Under the pieces are notes generated by a model that saw only the letters and a list, made by a program, of their open reading frames with translations, searched no databases and was not told where the DNA came from. DNA of 64,000 bases from the human T2T-CHM13v2.0 reference genome, Homo sapiens. The stretch lies in NCBI RefSeq assembly GCF_009914755.1, contig NC_060928.1; one strand, given 5' to 3'. The position numbers and the translations under genes are program-made. Of the stretch, positions 31,281 to 45,577 are shown piece after piece. How positions within the stretch are numbered: position 1 is the stretch's first letter; each line of letters begins with the position of its first letter.

Positions 31281-32417
31281 TAAGGAGGACACAATGGAAT
31301 CCTACCTGTTTTGTAAGTTATTTTGAAAACTCTAGGTATTGGTGGAAAGGAAAGGAGGTTTGCATAGCAAAGCTGAGTGTTTCCAGCTGCCCCTGACAGG
31401 AAGTGTTGACACATATTTGCAGAACTTCTCCATCAGCATTGAGCAAGTTTGTGCTGTTTTTGAAGAACAGCCAAATAGCCAAATGAACACTTGTAACCTA
31501 GGATTCATAAGAAATACAAAAAACAAAGTGTGTTGAAGGTATTTTAGCAATAGTGATATGAAGCTGTCTTGAGTTGCCCTTGAGCATGCAAGACGGATAA
31601 GGTTGTTGTCCTTAAGGACTCAGCCATTCAGTGAAAAATTGCTGCAGACAAGGATATGTGGATGGTGCAACATTATCTCCCCCACAGGTTTCTAATTGCA
31701 AAGGGAAAAAAAATACCATTTCTGCAAAGAGGGAAAAAATTAAATTTCAATGGAAAGTTTTGTTCTGGCAGTTACCAGCCACATCAATGGACGATTTCAG
31801 TCTCAATCTCAACATTATGTTTCTCGAGTTATTTCGGTGGCTTTCCTCAGGGTCATCTGAGGAAATGGGTCACCCTCTGGACACCAGCTAGAGTTACCTT
31901 ACCCCCTATTGCAAGTGGCTGATACCTTACTTTTGTCAGAAACACAGGTAAAAGACAAAGTAATATGTGTGAACATAGCGTGATCTGATTGAGATTTTAA
32001 TTGCATACTGTAATTTATGTATCCAAATGTTGTCTTCAAAAGCCTTGGACAACACAGGTTTGGAAGTCTGCCTTTTAGGCTCACCTGGAGAGTCTAATTT
32101 ACATTCTTCTTTGTAAATTACATTTCTATGTAATTTACATTCCTTTGTGTTTGAAGGGCATATTTGATTTGTGTGAACAGCTAAATATCACTGAGGGTCA
32201 CATGTGCTAAATAAAGTAATTAAGCAAACACAGGAATGCCCCTTCTGGCCAAACACAAAGTATGATTGTGCATGGCAATATTTATTTTCTAAAATAAACT
32301 AGTTCTGATAAAATTACATTTAAAATTCAATTCAAAATGTTTTAGACATGCTAATGATACTTGAAAGACATTATAAGGCCAGTGCTTTGGATGGTCCATT
32401 GCTCCCTTGGATGCCTA

Positions 32418-32768
<351 letters not shown>

Positions 32769-32959
32769 TCATTAGCCAAGAAATCTTTATGAAACTCAGT
32801 TTTCTAATCTGTAAAATAGGAGTAACATGCCTACCTAAAACAGTTACAAAGTCTAAATAAGTTAATACATGCAAAGCACTTAGAAGAGTGCCTAGCATCT
32901 AGTAAGCCTCAATAAATGTTATCCAATCTTGTAAGTATTATTACTACTATTCATCAGAC

Positions 32960-33480
32960 ATTCCCTTGAGTAAGATGGTCCTTTCCACTGCCAATGAAAG
33001 AAGGCTAATTTGAAATAACTTTACTCAAAAGTGGAAATAAGAGGATCATCTGGCTGGGAAGTCCAAGTGCAGGGACAGCTTCAGGTATGGCTAGATCTAG
33101 GATTAAAACAATGGCATTAAGGCCCTCTCTTCTCCATTGCTCAGCTCTGCTTTTTCTCCAGTGGTGGGTAACGCAGCCTCTCTCCACAAGGTGGGCAAAT
33201 TGTCCACTGGCAGTTAGGTGACACCCTGAGCCTCAAGCACTATTATCCACAATTTCAGAGAAAGAGGCCCTGTCTTCTCCAGCAGACATGCATCATTATT
33301 CAAGGGTGACTCCAAGGGGTCTTCTTGGGTCCTTGCCCACGCCTGAGCAAATTGCTGTGCTCAGAGATGGAGTACTAAGATCAGCTAGTGTGGGGCCCAA
33401 GGTTACTCCTGAGGCAGAGGTGTAAGAGTTACTCCAGGAGCTCATGGAGTGGGGGAGGAGAACAGTTACCAAAAGGAGTC
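32960..33480 (-). mobile_element. Old MLT1 (K-like) LTR
   Basis: gcttcaggtatggctagatctagg, ctcagctctgcttttt, cctgagcaaattgctgtgctcagagatggagtac. Confidence 0.55.
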
Positions 33481-33589
33481 ATGTGGACAAAGACATGTCT
33501 GCTCTCTCAGGACTGAACATCCTGCTTCAGTTTGTTCCACATCCATTTATGTATCATTTGTATTTGATCATATGTATCACCTGATAGTT

Positions 33590-34010
33590 ACCATTTTTTG
33601 ATCAGTTACTGTATGTCAGGAACTACTCTAGGAGCTGTACATAAAAGCTAAATGTAATAATAGCTAAACCTGAATGAATATTTGATACATGCCAGATTCT
33701 AAAATATGTATTCTAAACGTATTCTTATTTAATCTCCCCAATAACACCATGAGGTAAACACTATTATCATCCCCAGTTGAGAACACTGAGGTTCAGAGGA
33801 CTTAGGAACATGCCCAAAGCCATACCTCTGAGTGACAGAGCCAGAATTTGGACCTAAGGGAATCTGACCACAGGGCCGTTGTTCTTCATGTTCTGACCAT
33901 TTTACTCTCATAAAAATCCCATGAGGTAATGTCTTATTAAAACCACTGTATTACAGGCAATGAGATAAGACTCAAAGAGGTTAAGCAAATTACTCAAGGT
34001 CATGTTCAGG
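33590..34010 (-). mobile_element. Nested MIR fragments
   Basis: Two reverse MIR cores: attatcatccccagttgagaacactgaggttcagagg and agactcaaagaggttaagcaaattactcaaggtca. Confidence 0.65.
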
Positions 34011-34057
34011 CACTATGCTATGCAATTGTGAGCCAGAGATGGAGACATAGCCCCTGA

Positions 34058-34300
34058 CAAGGCTGTTGTGTGTGGTTGCCCAGCTTGAGCACTGCACAAA
34101 ATTGCCTCATCCATTGCAGAGGGCAAAGGAGGATGAGGCTTGAAATTTAGCCCAAGTTCTGCTCATAAACCTTGGCCCTGACCCTGGCTACATTGCACAA
34201 ATTCTACAAGCCAAGATGTGTCTATGAAGCTGACGCTAACCAGAGGCGGAAGAGCATTACAAATTGAGCGAAGCTCCTAGTTGGGTTAACGGCAGCCCTG
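34058..34300. mobile_element. MER91A-like (hAT-Tip100) MITE
   Basis: TIRs caaggctgtt / ggcagccctg, gcactgcacaa motif, 8-bp TSD-like gcccctga / gccccagg. Confidence 0.65.
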
Positions 34301-34674
34301 GCCCCAGGATCTCAAAAGCAGCCTGAAAAGCAGATGATGACAATGGAACATGGTAAGTACTGAGCAAGAGACTTCCCCAGAGAGCTAAGTGACCCAGGAC
34401 AGGGGCATGTGGCTGCTCACCCTGCCACATCCAGACTTAAACAGGTCCAGTGGGCCACCTAGTCTGGTCACACGACACTCAGGGCTGCCAAACAGAAGGC
34501 TCCCCACATGAATGGGAGTACTGGGCCCATTCAGAGCCTGCTCTCTGAATTCACCCTGAGCAGAGCAAACCTAAGTGGACATTCTAGCAGCCTTAGCCTT
34601 CTAGACAGGACAATTGCAATCCCAAGACAATTGTAAAATGTAAGATACATGTTCAAGAGTGTGGGGACAGATAG

Positions 34675-34969
<295 letters not shown>

Positions 34970-36587
34970 ATTCATTTGGATATAGAAAGATAGAGTTTGC
35001 TAAAAACACTGGAGGGAACTGCTAGGTGCCTATCCCATAATCATTCCCCTTATTCCTTGCTATCAGAGCCCTAATGTTCTGTAATATTGGGCACCCACAT
35101 GTTACACAGATTTCTTCCTGGCTCTAGGAAGTGGAAGTGGGGAGTAAATCTTGATTAATCTAAGCTGACTATCATAATTTGGGTTCCTTCTCAAGTAAAG
35201 TCAAATACAAAGAGTTGCTTCAAGTAGTTTATTTGGGAGGTGATCCCAGGAAACTGCCTGAAAACACAGCTTCAGAGATGAAAGAAAATGTCCATAAAGC
35301 ATCAAGCACAAAGCCCTGATCACAGCAGGGAAGGATGTATGTCTAATTATTACCTTGAGATAGTTCCCTCCTGGTTTGGCATAGAGGTGTCTGGGGCTGG
35401 GTAGGATTTGTCACATGTGTGGCAGAATTAATGGTATCCTGATGTCTAATCACGTGATGGTGGGTTCATTTTCAACATTTGTAGGATATGCAGCCCCTGG
35501 GGCGAACCTGAGTGTTTGAAATGCATGGCAACAATGTTTAATTCATGGCAACAATGAATCAGTGCTCTAAGGAAGAAAGAAGTGAATGGCAAGATTGCAC
35601 TTGCCCTGTAAGTGATGGGGCAATCCTCTCTTTCAGGGAGCGAGGGTTGGGGAGTGGGGGAAAGGCATGAGATTCTACTCTGTTGAGTTGTCTCACTGTG
35701 CTTAATGAAACTTTTAAAATATAATACATCTCTGGAAAAGGGTGGGAGAAAATGAGAATGAACTCCTGTGGAGCACTGAAAATCCACCTCATAGTGAGGA
35801 ATTACTCTACCACAATCTTTTCTTACTTTCTCTCATGTTTCACTTAAGCACAGGACTGCCAGCCAGAAACTACATTTCCCAGCATCCCTTGCAGCTTGGT
35901 ATGGCCATGTGACCACATTCTCATTAATACAGGGTGAGTGTGCCACATCCAACTCTTTTGTTCAAAAGAAATTGCTTTTCCACTTTCTGGAAGCTTTTGA
36001 TGTAGTTTTGAGCATACAGAAGAGGGCTGGTTTATTCTAAGTATTGGGAACCCCTTCCTAAGGTCAAACTCTGAGGTTTAGGATGTCAAAGCATAGGCTT
36101 ATCAAAAAAGCTTCTGATCACACACACACACACACCGTTAATGCAACATTGACTTCCTCTAACAAGGCAAGTAGGGAGAGAGACGATAGCGGGAGAGATC
36201 TGGCTGGTCAGTCTTTCTCTGCCTCCTTTGCTGCTGACCCCAGGCAGTGTGTCTATGACCTCAGCTAGCAAGATTATTTTCTCTTGTCCATAGAAGGAGG
36301 TTGGACTCTCCCCCATACTGCATGTCAAAAACTGTAAAAGCCAGGTCAGCATTCTTCAAAAAGATTTATGAGATCAATGCTCCGTGCTCAGTAACAGTAG
36401 AGCAGAGCAGTCTGGACTTCTATGCAAAACCTTTCCTTAGAGAACTGGGGGTTACAGCAGCAAGCAGAACTGGGGGTTACAGTATTAGCTTAGATACACA
36501 TTGGTGCCTCCACAGGCTTTCTTTCCAATGCAGACAACTTGTTTACACTGCTTGCTTTTTGAGTATAAACATTAAAAAAACTTTTCT

Positions 36588-36942
<355 letters not shown>

Positions 36943-37006
36943 TAAATTTCATGGGAACATTTTAATGACATTTCTTAAGTTAACATGTTTCTGATTTGTC
37001 AAAGTG

Positions 37007-37064
37007 AAGTGTAAACACTGTCCAAATGTAAACACTTTCGAAGTGTAAACACTCTCAAAGTGTG
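37007..37064. repeat. 17-bp tandem repeat x3.4, each full unit containing TGTAAACA
   Basis: aagtgtaaacactgtcc aaatgtaaacactttcg aagtgtaaacactctca aagtgtg. Confidence 0.9.
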
Positions 37065-37750
37065 TTGGAGAATACAGATCCTCTTATGTGGAAAGGAGTA
37101 GTGAGGCGGCCTTTAAACACTTACACAAAACACAAGCATTGCAAAGACATACTCTATGCGATAGAGAGGCAACAGGATCCTGAATGAACAGGTGTAGCCA
37201 AGGTGCTCTGCCAACGTGGACTTCCTGGACTGTGATTGGAAAGAGCAAAGGCTTCTTTCTTTCTTAAGCCACTGCATTTTTAAATTTCTTTCTTATAGCT
37301 GTCTAACCTTTATCCTGACAAATACACTGAGTAAAACAGAGCGAGTAGACAATCAACATTTGCTGAATAAATGAATAAATGTATAAGCAATGTGTTAGTG
37401 AATACAAATTTCCTCATACATCTAGGACAATGTAGCATCCTATATTGTTTTATTTGTTTCTGGGACAGTGTCTCCAAAGATAGCTCCAACCTGAACAGGG
37501 TCACACTGAGTCACATTGTGCCTGGGTAGGAGTGCCAGCTGCAGAGGGGGGTGATGGGTCCACCTCTGTGTCATGCAACTGCTAGTGTGACACTGAGAAA
37601 TTAGGGTAGGAACTCTGGCCTCCAGGTGTTCTAAGAAATACAGACAGCAGCATCACCTACTACCCCCATCACAAATGTTTATGTGTCAGAGGTTTTTAAG
37701 AGAAAAATTAAGCAGATGGTAAAATAAAGACTTGATTAAATGTGATTTCT

Positions 37751-38078
<328 letters not shown>

Positions 38079-38532
38079 TGATTTCTATGCTTTGTCTTGT
38101 ATGCACATTACACTTTTTGTGTGCAATCAACATGTATGCCATTTCTTATGGATAATGAGCTCATTTTGCCAGATCCATTTACAGCTAATAACAATCAGCA
38201 GTTACAATTATTGACATTCTCTTAGTTGGCAACTTCTACCACAATGAACATTTATTGTCAACTCTAATAGATAGAGAAAACTGTTGCAGAGAGCTACTGA
38301 ATTAAGTCTTAAGGTAAAAATAGTCTTTTTTTGACTGTAGACATTTTGATCCAACCACTACAAGAAAAACATTGGAGTGGATTTCTCAGAAGAATACAGT
38401 GTTTACTAGGATGAAGGGGGAAAGTGAGCCGGGAACCAGTAGGATATGTGGGATGCAGGATATAACGGAACTGTTCACATGTTTTAGATGTATTACAGCC
38501 CAGGTTGTGTCTAAATATTATCTTAAGTTTAA

Positions 38533-38836
38533 GGCCAGGCGTGGTGGCTCACGCCTGTAATCCCAGCACTTTGTGAGGCCAAGGCAGGTGGATCATTTTA
38601 AGTCAGGAGTTCAAGACCAGTTTGGCCAACATGGTGATACCCCGTCTCTACTAAAAATACAAAAATTAGCTGGATGTGGTGGCATACACCTGTAATCCCA
38701 GCTATTAGGGAGGCTGAGGCAGGAGAATCATTTGAACCCAGGTGGCGGAGGTTGCAGTGAGCCAAGATCACACCACTGTACTCCAACCTGAGTAACAGAG
38801 CGAGACTCCATCTCAAGAAAATAAAATAAAATAAAA
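38533..38836 (+). mobile_element. AluS (Sx/Sz-like)
   Basis: Full dimer, (AAAAT)n tail, TSD aagttta. Confidence 0.92.
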
Positions 38837-39428
38837 TGAAGTTTAGAGATCATGTAAATGAGTCCCATTTTCTGTGCATGGCTAAATAACTGGCATGTGA
38901 CTACTTTAACTAGGGGATGTACAGGTTACCTTATTGGAAAGACAGTCTGAGGGTGGAAATTCTGACTCATCTGACCCAAAACAGTTACTGGTGGTCATAA
39001 ATTGTAAGTGTCTACCTTCTTGAAACCACTACAGTTTTAGATTTCTTTGTTTCAACAGCTTAGCTTTTCTCTGAACAAATACACTCAGCAATACAAATTA
39101 AGCTCTTAAGCAAATATGTGTTGAAGCATGCATCAGTGCAAGCTTAGTTCCCAGGTGACTTTGCTGCTATCACGAGGGGATCAGTGAGGATGAGGTACCA
39201 CAGGGTACATTTCTAAACTCACAGAGGACATGTAGGGTAAAAAAGGCCTGGGGCCTGGGACTGGAAGAAGAGAGAGAACTGAGGATTCTATTCCCTCCCA
39301 GTAATTGAATTTGCAGCTCTAGTAAGCATAAAATTAACTCACCTCCATGTGGTACCTGCTACGACTAGGAACCATTCTGTCTTGCATATGGGTTAAATTG
39401 TTGCTTCCTCCATCACAAGAACCTTTGA

Positions 39429-39749
<321 letters not shown>

Positions 39750-40392
39750 CTGACAAGAACCTTTGAGTTAGGTATAATGGTTCACCCCAATTTATAGATA
39801 ATGAACCCAAGTCACAGGGGAAGTGAAGTCAGTTGCCTAAGGTCAGACAGCAGTAAATGGTTCTCTGACCCTAACTCCACTGCCTCCCTCTCATAAAAAC
39901 ACTGGGTGGTTACAGTGGGCCCACCTGGAGAAGTCAAGCTATTCTTTCCATCTCAAGAACATTAATTTAATCATCCTTTTTACCATATAAGATAACATCT
40001 TCACAGGTTCTGAGGATGAGAATGTTGACATCTTTGGGTGGTCGTTATTCAGCCTATCACAGGTATCCAGGGAAGAAAAAAGGAATTTCCAAAAAGGGAA
40101 AATACGAACATTGGGAAGGCTAATTACAGATGGTGACTACTGAAGGGTTAGTCAGAAGCATAATGGAGGCAGTGATGAGATGACAGCACAGATGCATGAC
40201 TCTAGTCCCAGCAACTCCTAAAAGGTAAAGAAATGTATCCTGCCCCCCTCAGCTTCTTTGGGGTGTCCTCATAAAAGAGAGGCAGTAAAGCAGAATCAGA
40301 GTCAGACAGAGAGGTTGTAAGAAGAGAAGCAGAGGTGAGTAAGCTGTGTTTCAAACCCAGAGTCAAGGCTCTTGCCCCTCTGCGGTGCTGCC
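39750..40392 (-). mobile_element. MIR split by a templated insertion (pieces 39750-39860 and 40337-40392)
   Basis: ccccaatttatagata...gcctaaggtcagacagcagtaaatgg stops at 39860; MIR resumes gctgtgtttcaaacccagagtcaaggctctt...tgctgcc. Confidence 0.6.
39861..40336. repeat. Local duplicate: reverse complement of ~42015-42444 followed by a forward copy of ~42405-42471
   Basis: Manual alignment; includes a 34-nt exact inverted match (40167-40200 vs 42104-42137) in non-TE sequence. Confidence 0.9.
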
Positions 40393-41002
40393 GAAGCCCA
40401 GGGTGGGTGGGGACTGACATGCAACTCAGGTACTGTGTGGCAGACTTTGTGCCTTGGCATGAAACTATGCCTGCCCACAGGAAGGGGCACCATTTTCTCA
40501 TTAGCTCAAAGAGACTTCTGCTGGACAATTCCTGTCTTCTCAATACTGCAGCTCTCCAGAGACAACACTGTTCTCTATTCTCCTGTAAGTGAGGCAGAGC
40601 CTGGCAGTACCCTGTATGCCACCTCTCACTAGTACAGGTTAGCACTCAGGGTGGCCCACTGGTGTGTGTCTCAGCTGCTGGTGTGCGTGCTGGTGCAGGT
40701 ACAAACCGTCGTGATACATTTTACTCCCACTCCTACTAATTACAGCTTGTGTGTCCTTCAGTCATTCACTTCCCTTCACATGACCAGCCCAGCAGAAATG
40801 AACTACCAGGAACATGAGCTCAGAGCGATGGGCTGGCCACCTGCCAAGCACCTCTGAATGGAAAGAGCAGAATTTTGCATTGCCTGCCATGCCACGTGGA
40901 GCAGGCCCTGGGTGGCTCTTTAGGGGATGGGTGTGGACTCCCACAACAAAACCAAGGGCCATATTCAAAGTTAAAAGCTCTGCCATAGATGGTATTTGTT
41001 GA

Positions 41003-41302
41003 GGCTGTGTGTGGTAGCTCATGCATGTATGCCCAACACTTTAGGAGGCTGAGGTGGGAAGATCACTTGAGGCTGGGAGTTCAAGTCTAGCCTAGGCAAG
41101 ATAGTGAGATCCCTTCTCTAAAAAAGATAAAATATTAACTGGGCATCATGGACGTGCCTGTAGCCCCAGCTACTGGGGAGGCTGAGGCAGGAGGATGGCT
41201 TGAGTCCAGGAGTTTGAGACTGCAGTGAGCTGTGATTGCACCATTGCTCCCTAGCCCGGGTGACAGAACAAGACTTTTATTTCTTTAAAAAAAAAAAAAA
41301 AA
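41003..41302 (+). mobile_element. AluJ
   Basis: Full dimer, J-type, A tail. Confidence 0.9.
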
Positions 41303-41444
41303 AGAAGGTGTTTACTGCAGTTGCTTTATTAAAAAAAAAGTAAATGAATGTTCTGACTGTTCTACTTTTGAAAATAAGTGGCAAGGAATTAGAACTGTAT
41401 CTTTCAGCAACAAAATGTACACTGTGGTTCCATGTCACAGCCAG

Positions 41445-41910
41445 GAATGGAGTCAGATGTCTCAGACCAGAATCACAGCTCTGCCACCTCCTGTGACATG
41501 GACTTGCTAAGCTACCTTGACTCTCTGGAGCTCACTATGCCCATCAATAACAAGAAATAAATAAATCCGTCCTGTAAGGTTGTCAGGAGAAACAAATGAG
41601 GCACTATATGTGGAAGTTCCTGGAATAGTGACCAGCACAGAGGACGTCTCAAAGAAAGATTTGCTGAACCCCAAAAGACAGGAGGACTGGAGGAACAACA
41701 AAGAGACAGGAAAGCTAGCATTGATTGGAGCCAAGTATTTTCTCAAAGAGTTATCTCACATTATATCTTGCAAAAGCCCTTCAGGAAATTGGCATTATGC
41801 CTATTCTAATAAATAAGGTATTTCAAGTGCAGAGAGGTTAAGTGATTGGACCAAGGTCGTGAAGTGTGGGAGTGACTGAGCCAAAATTTTAAAATCAGGT
41901 CCTCAAGACA
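41445..41910. mobile_element. MIR fragments (+ at 41445-41650, - at 41745-41910)
   Basis: ggagtcaga...agctctgccacc...tgtgac; and cagagaggttaagtgattggaccaaggtc. Confidence 0.55.
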
Positions 41911-42240
41911 AAGTCTCATAAATCAGGTCTCATGATAGCTTCTTGACACAGAGGGGAACAGGGGAAAAGGGATAGAAGGACAGACACAAAGAGAGGTGAG
42001 AGTAGCAATTGAGAGATGCCCTAAAGAAGGTGAGGGTGGCCGGCGGCAGTCAGCCAAATAAATCCACTCCTTTACCTATCAGGAGTCACTGGGACTGCAC
42101 TGGGTCATGCATCTGTGCTGTCATCTCATCACTGCCTTCATTATATTTCTAATTATTCAATAGTCACCATTTGCAATTAGCCTTCCCAATTTTCAAAGTT
42201 TTTCCTTCTTGGAAATTTCCTTTTTCCTTCCCTGGGTACC

Positions 42241-42732
42241 TGTGATAGGCTGAATAATGGCCACCCAAAGATGTCGACATCTTAATCCTCAGACCTTGTA
42301 AAGATGTTACCTTATATAGCAAAAAGGACTTTGCAGAGATGGTTAAGGTTCTTGAGATGGAGAAAATATCCTGAATTCTGCAGGCGAGCCTGTTGCAATC
42401 ACACGCATCCTTATAAGAGGAGGCAGTAGAGTTCGGGGCAGAAAGAGAAGTTGTAAGGACAAAGCCGAGGTCACAAAGGAGAGAAGATGCTCTGATGTTG
42501 GCTTTGAAGATGGATGGGGGAGGTAGTGAACCAAGGAATGGAGTCGGACTCTAGAAGCAGGAAAAGGCCAGGGAGCAGATTCTACCCTAGAGCCTCCAGA
42601 AGAGGCCGAGCCTGAGACACCTTATCTTTAGCCCACTGAAATGGGTTTCATATCTCTGACCTCCAGAACTGTAGGAACATATGTCTGTGTTCTTTGTGGT
42701 AAATGGTACAGCAGCATTGGGGAAATAATACA
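42241..42732 (+). mobile_element. MLT1D solo LTR, complete
   Basis: tgtgataggctgaataatggcc...gcagcattggggaaataataca; perfect TSD gtacc. Confidence 0.9.
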
Positions 42733-43905
42733 GTACCTCACCTTCACCCCCTGGGTATTTTTGCCTCTACAGCTTGGTACTGTTAGACATTGGCCTAACA
42801 AAAATAATAACAGCCACTTGCATAGAGCTTCAAGATGTGCCAAGAGAATCTTAACACCTGAGAGCTTACCAGGTGCCAGGCATTGTGCAAATACTGTATG
42901 CGTTGACTACTGGTTCCCACAAATATCCTATTACTTGCCCGTGGTCACATTGAGCCAAGATTCAAACCCAAGTGTCTAACTTCACAACCCCTATTCTCAA
43001 TTGCCTTTCATTTTATATTATATATTTGATATCTCATTTGATTCTTATGTCAAGTCTTACAAGATCATTTATTTTTTAAAAAGTCTTTCATTTATAGATG
43101 AGAAAGCTCAAGCTCAGAGAGTTTAAGCGATTTTGCCAAGACCATTCATCCAGTAAGAGTCAAAGCCAGCCCTCAAACAAATCAAACGTTTTATTCTCTT
43201 TGACCCATTCATAAGAAATAATTATTTCTCCCTTGAATTCTTCCAGGTCTTTGTAAATGCCTGTATTACCACAATGCATTTCAATTATGCATGTATGTAA
43301 TACAAGCTGTTAGAATGCCAAACCCTTGTGGCTCAGTCTTGATATGATGTCATGATTAAAGAGGCATAGGCAGCCAAAACCATTCAAAAAGGAAACTTTA
43401 TTCTTTGTCTTTTTAAAAAAGGAGGGAAGACCCAAGTCTCTAGCCACACATTTCTATCCCCTTTCCCTTTTCCAGTCTTCTCTGCTGCACTCCACAGCCT
43501 CATGTTCACCACCCACCCTCCAGATCCTCTCTCCTCCCTTCTCCCCTGGCCCTAAGCGACATTGTTCCTCTCTCTTTCTCACTTTCTCGCTCTCTAAATC
43601 CTTATTAGATCTCCTTAGCTTCCCCTCTACATCTTTTATCTCCTCTCATCAGCTTTTTAAAATTCTGCACCACAATTTTTTGCCTCACTTCAGAGAGTGT
43701 TTCACACCAGAGGCAGTCCACTGGTGAGCCGGGTAAGGAAGGGTCTCTTCATCTCCAGCAGTGGAAGATGGGGGAAAGGGGCAGCCTGGAGAGAGTTATC
43801 ATCAGCCATCTTTCACCCTGTCACACGAGTGATGACAGCAAACCTTTGTATGAATACCACTTTTGTTTCTGATGCTGCTCCGGTCTGCTTATCTATGCTA
43901 TTTCT

Positions 43906-44185
43906 TTTTCTTTTTTAGGGACAAGGTTTCCCTGTGTTGCCCAGGCTGGAGTGCAGTGGCATGATCATGGTTCACTGCAGCCTTGACCTCCCAGGTTCAA
44001 GCAAACTTCCCACCCCAGGCTCTTGAGTAGCTGGGATGCACCAACAGGGATGCACCACCACGTCCAGCTAATTTTTTTATTTAATTTTTTATTTTTGTAG
44101 AGATGGGGGTCTTGCTATGTTTCCTAGGCTGGTCTCGCACTCCTGGGCTCAAGTGATCCTCACACCTCCGCCTCCCAAAGTGCTG
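43906..44185 (-). mobile_element. AluJ, 5'-truncated
   Basis: Lacks first ~30 nt; 15-bp TSD atctatgctatttct / atctatgccatttct; internal duplication of gggatgcacca. Confidence 0.9.
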
Positions 44186-44442
44186 ATCTATGCCATTTCT
44201 AATCTTCCCCATAACCCTGAGAATTAGGTACTTAAAGAAATCAATGTAGAGTTATGTGGTTCCACAGGCCTTCCCCTCACACCCTCTTCCTTTCCTCATC
44301 CCACACTACCTCTCACCATATCTTCTAGCTAAACTATGAGCTCCTCAATGCCAGGTGCCATGTCTTACTCATCATTTTACTCCTAGAGCCTAATCACAGA
44401 ACTGGGTACATAAAAAGTATTTGAACAAAAAGCAATGCTTTC

Positions 44443-44731
<289 letters not shown>

Positions 44732-45354
44732 AGAGCAATGCTCTCATCACACCTTCAGCACAACTCCAAAGGAAGTCATCACTGGCACCACCCCACCCCA
44801 CCTGTGACAGTCATGATCTTTCTCGCCCTCCATTACTGAAGCCACGACATTCATACCTATCTGGGTTCTTAGAATTCTCATGCAGAGAGCTGGGTGGGCT
44901 GTTGTACACATCTAGTCTAAACCCTTTACTTCATTCATGAGGAAATAGAGACTAGAGAGGTCAGCCACCTGGCCAATGACCTTGTCCAGTGCTTTGTTCA
45001 TTATATTCTATGGCTTCTCCTTGCTAAAGAAGAGTTGCAAATACAAAGCAGGAAGTTGGCACTGACATTCTTCAGGTGTTTTTTTTAGGTGCCAGCCTGG
45101 ACCTAGTACCAGCAAGCCATATGGCTTACAGATTATCTTTTTACATAATTTTCCAGTAAGTTTTATGCCTTATCACTGAACTCAGAATGGATTGAGCCAA
45201 AATTCTTCTTCAATTCAGGGACGGCCATTTGACCTCCAAACGCTTTTCTTTACTCATTAAAAAAAGGAAAGAGCACTGACCCTGGGAATAAAGAAGGAGA
45301 TTTGGGTTCTGGTTCTGACTCTGATATTTGTTCTTGGGCAATTTCCCAAACATC

Positions 45355-45577
45355 TGACAGCCAGCTTTGAGTCAAGGGCTCCCTGATGGTCTTCCCTAGA
45401 CTGCATCGTGAATTTGTCTACCCAGCCTTCCCTTTCTCCCCTTTGCTCATGGGCTGATGACTCCCCAGCTCTTGCCTGGATCCCCAGCCCCGCCTTGTCT
45501 CAGATGCTTCCCTTAATAAAACCCTTGCATATTTAATCCCATCTTGTCATCTGCTTCTCGGAGGACCCAAATTAACA
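45355..45577 (+). mobile_element. ERVL-class LTR 3' fragment, family uncertain
   Basis: aataaaacccttgcatatttaatcccatcttgtcatctgcttctcggaggacccaaattaaca. Confidence 0.45.

Noticed and set aside
37007-37064. Possible CRISPR-like array
   Set aside because: Units are head-to-tail with no unique spacers, there are no cas genes, and the DNA is human.
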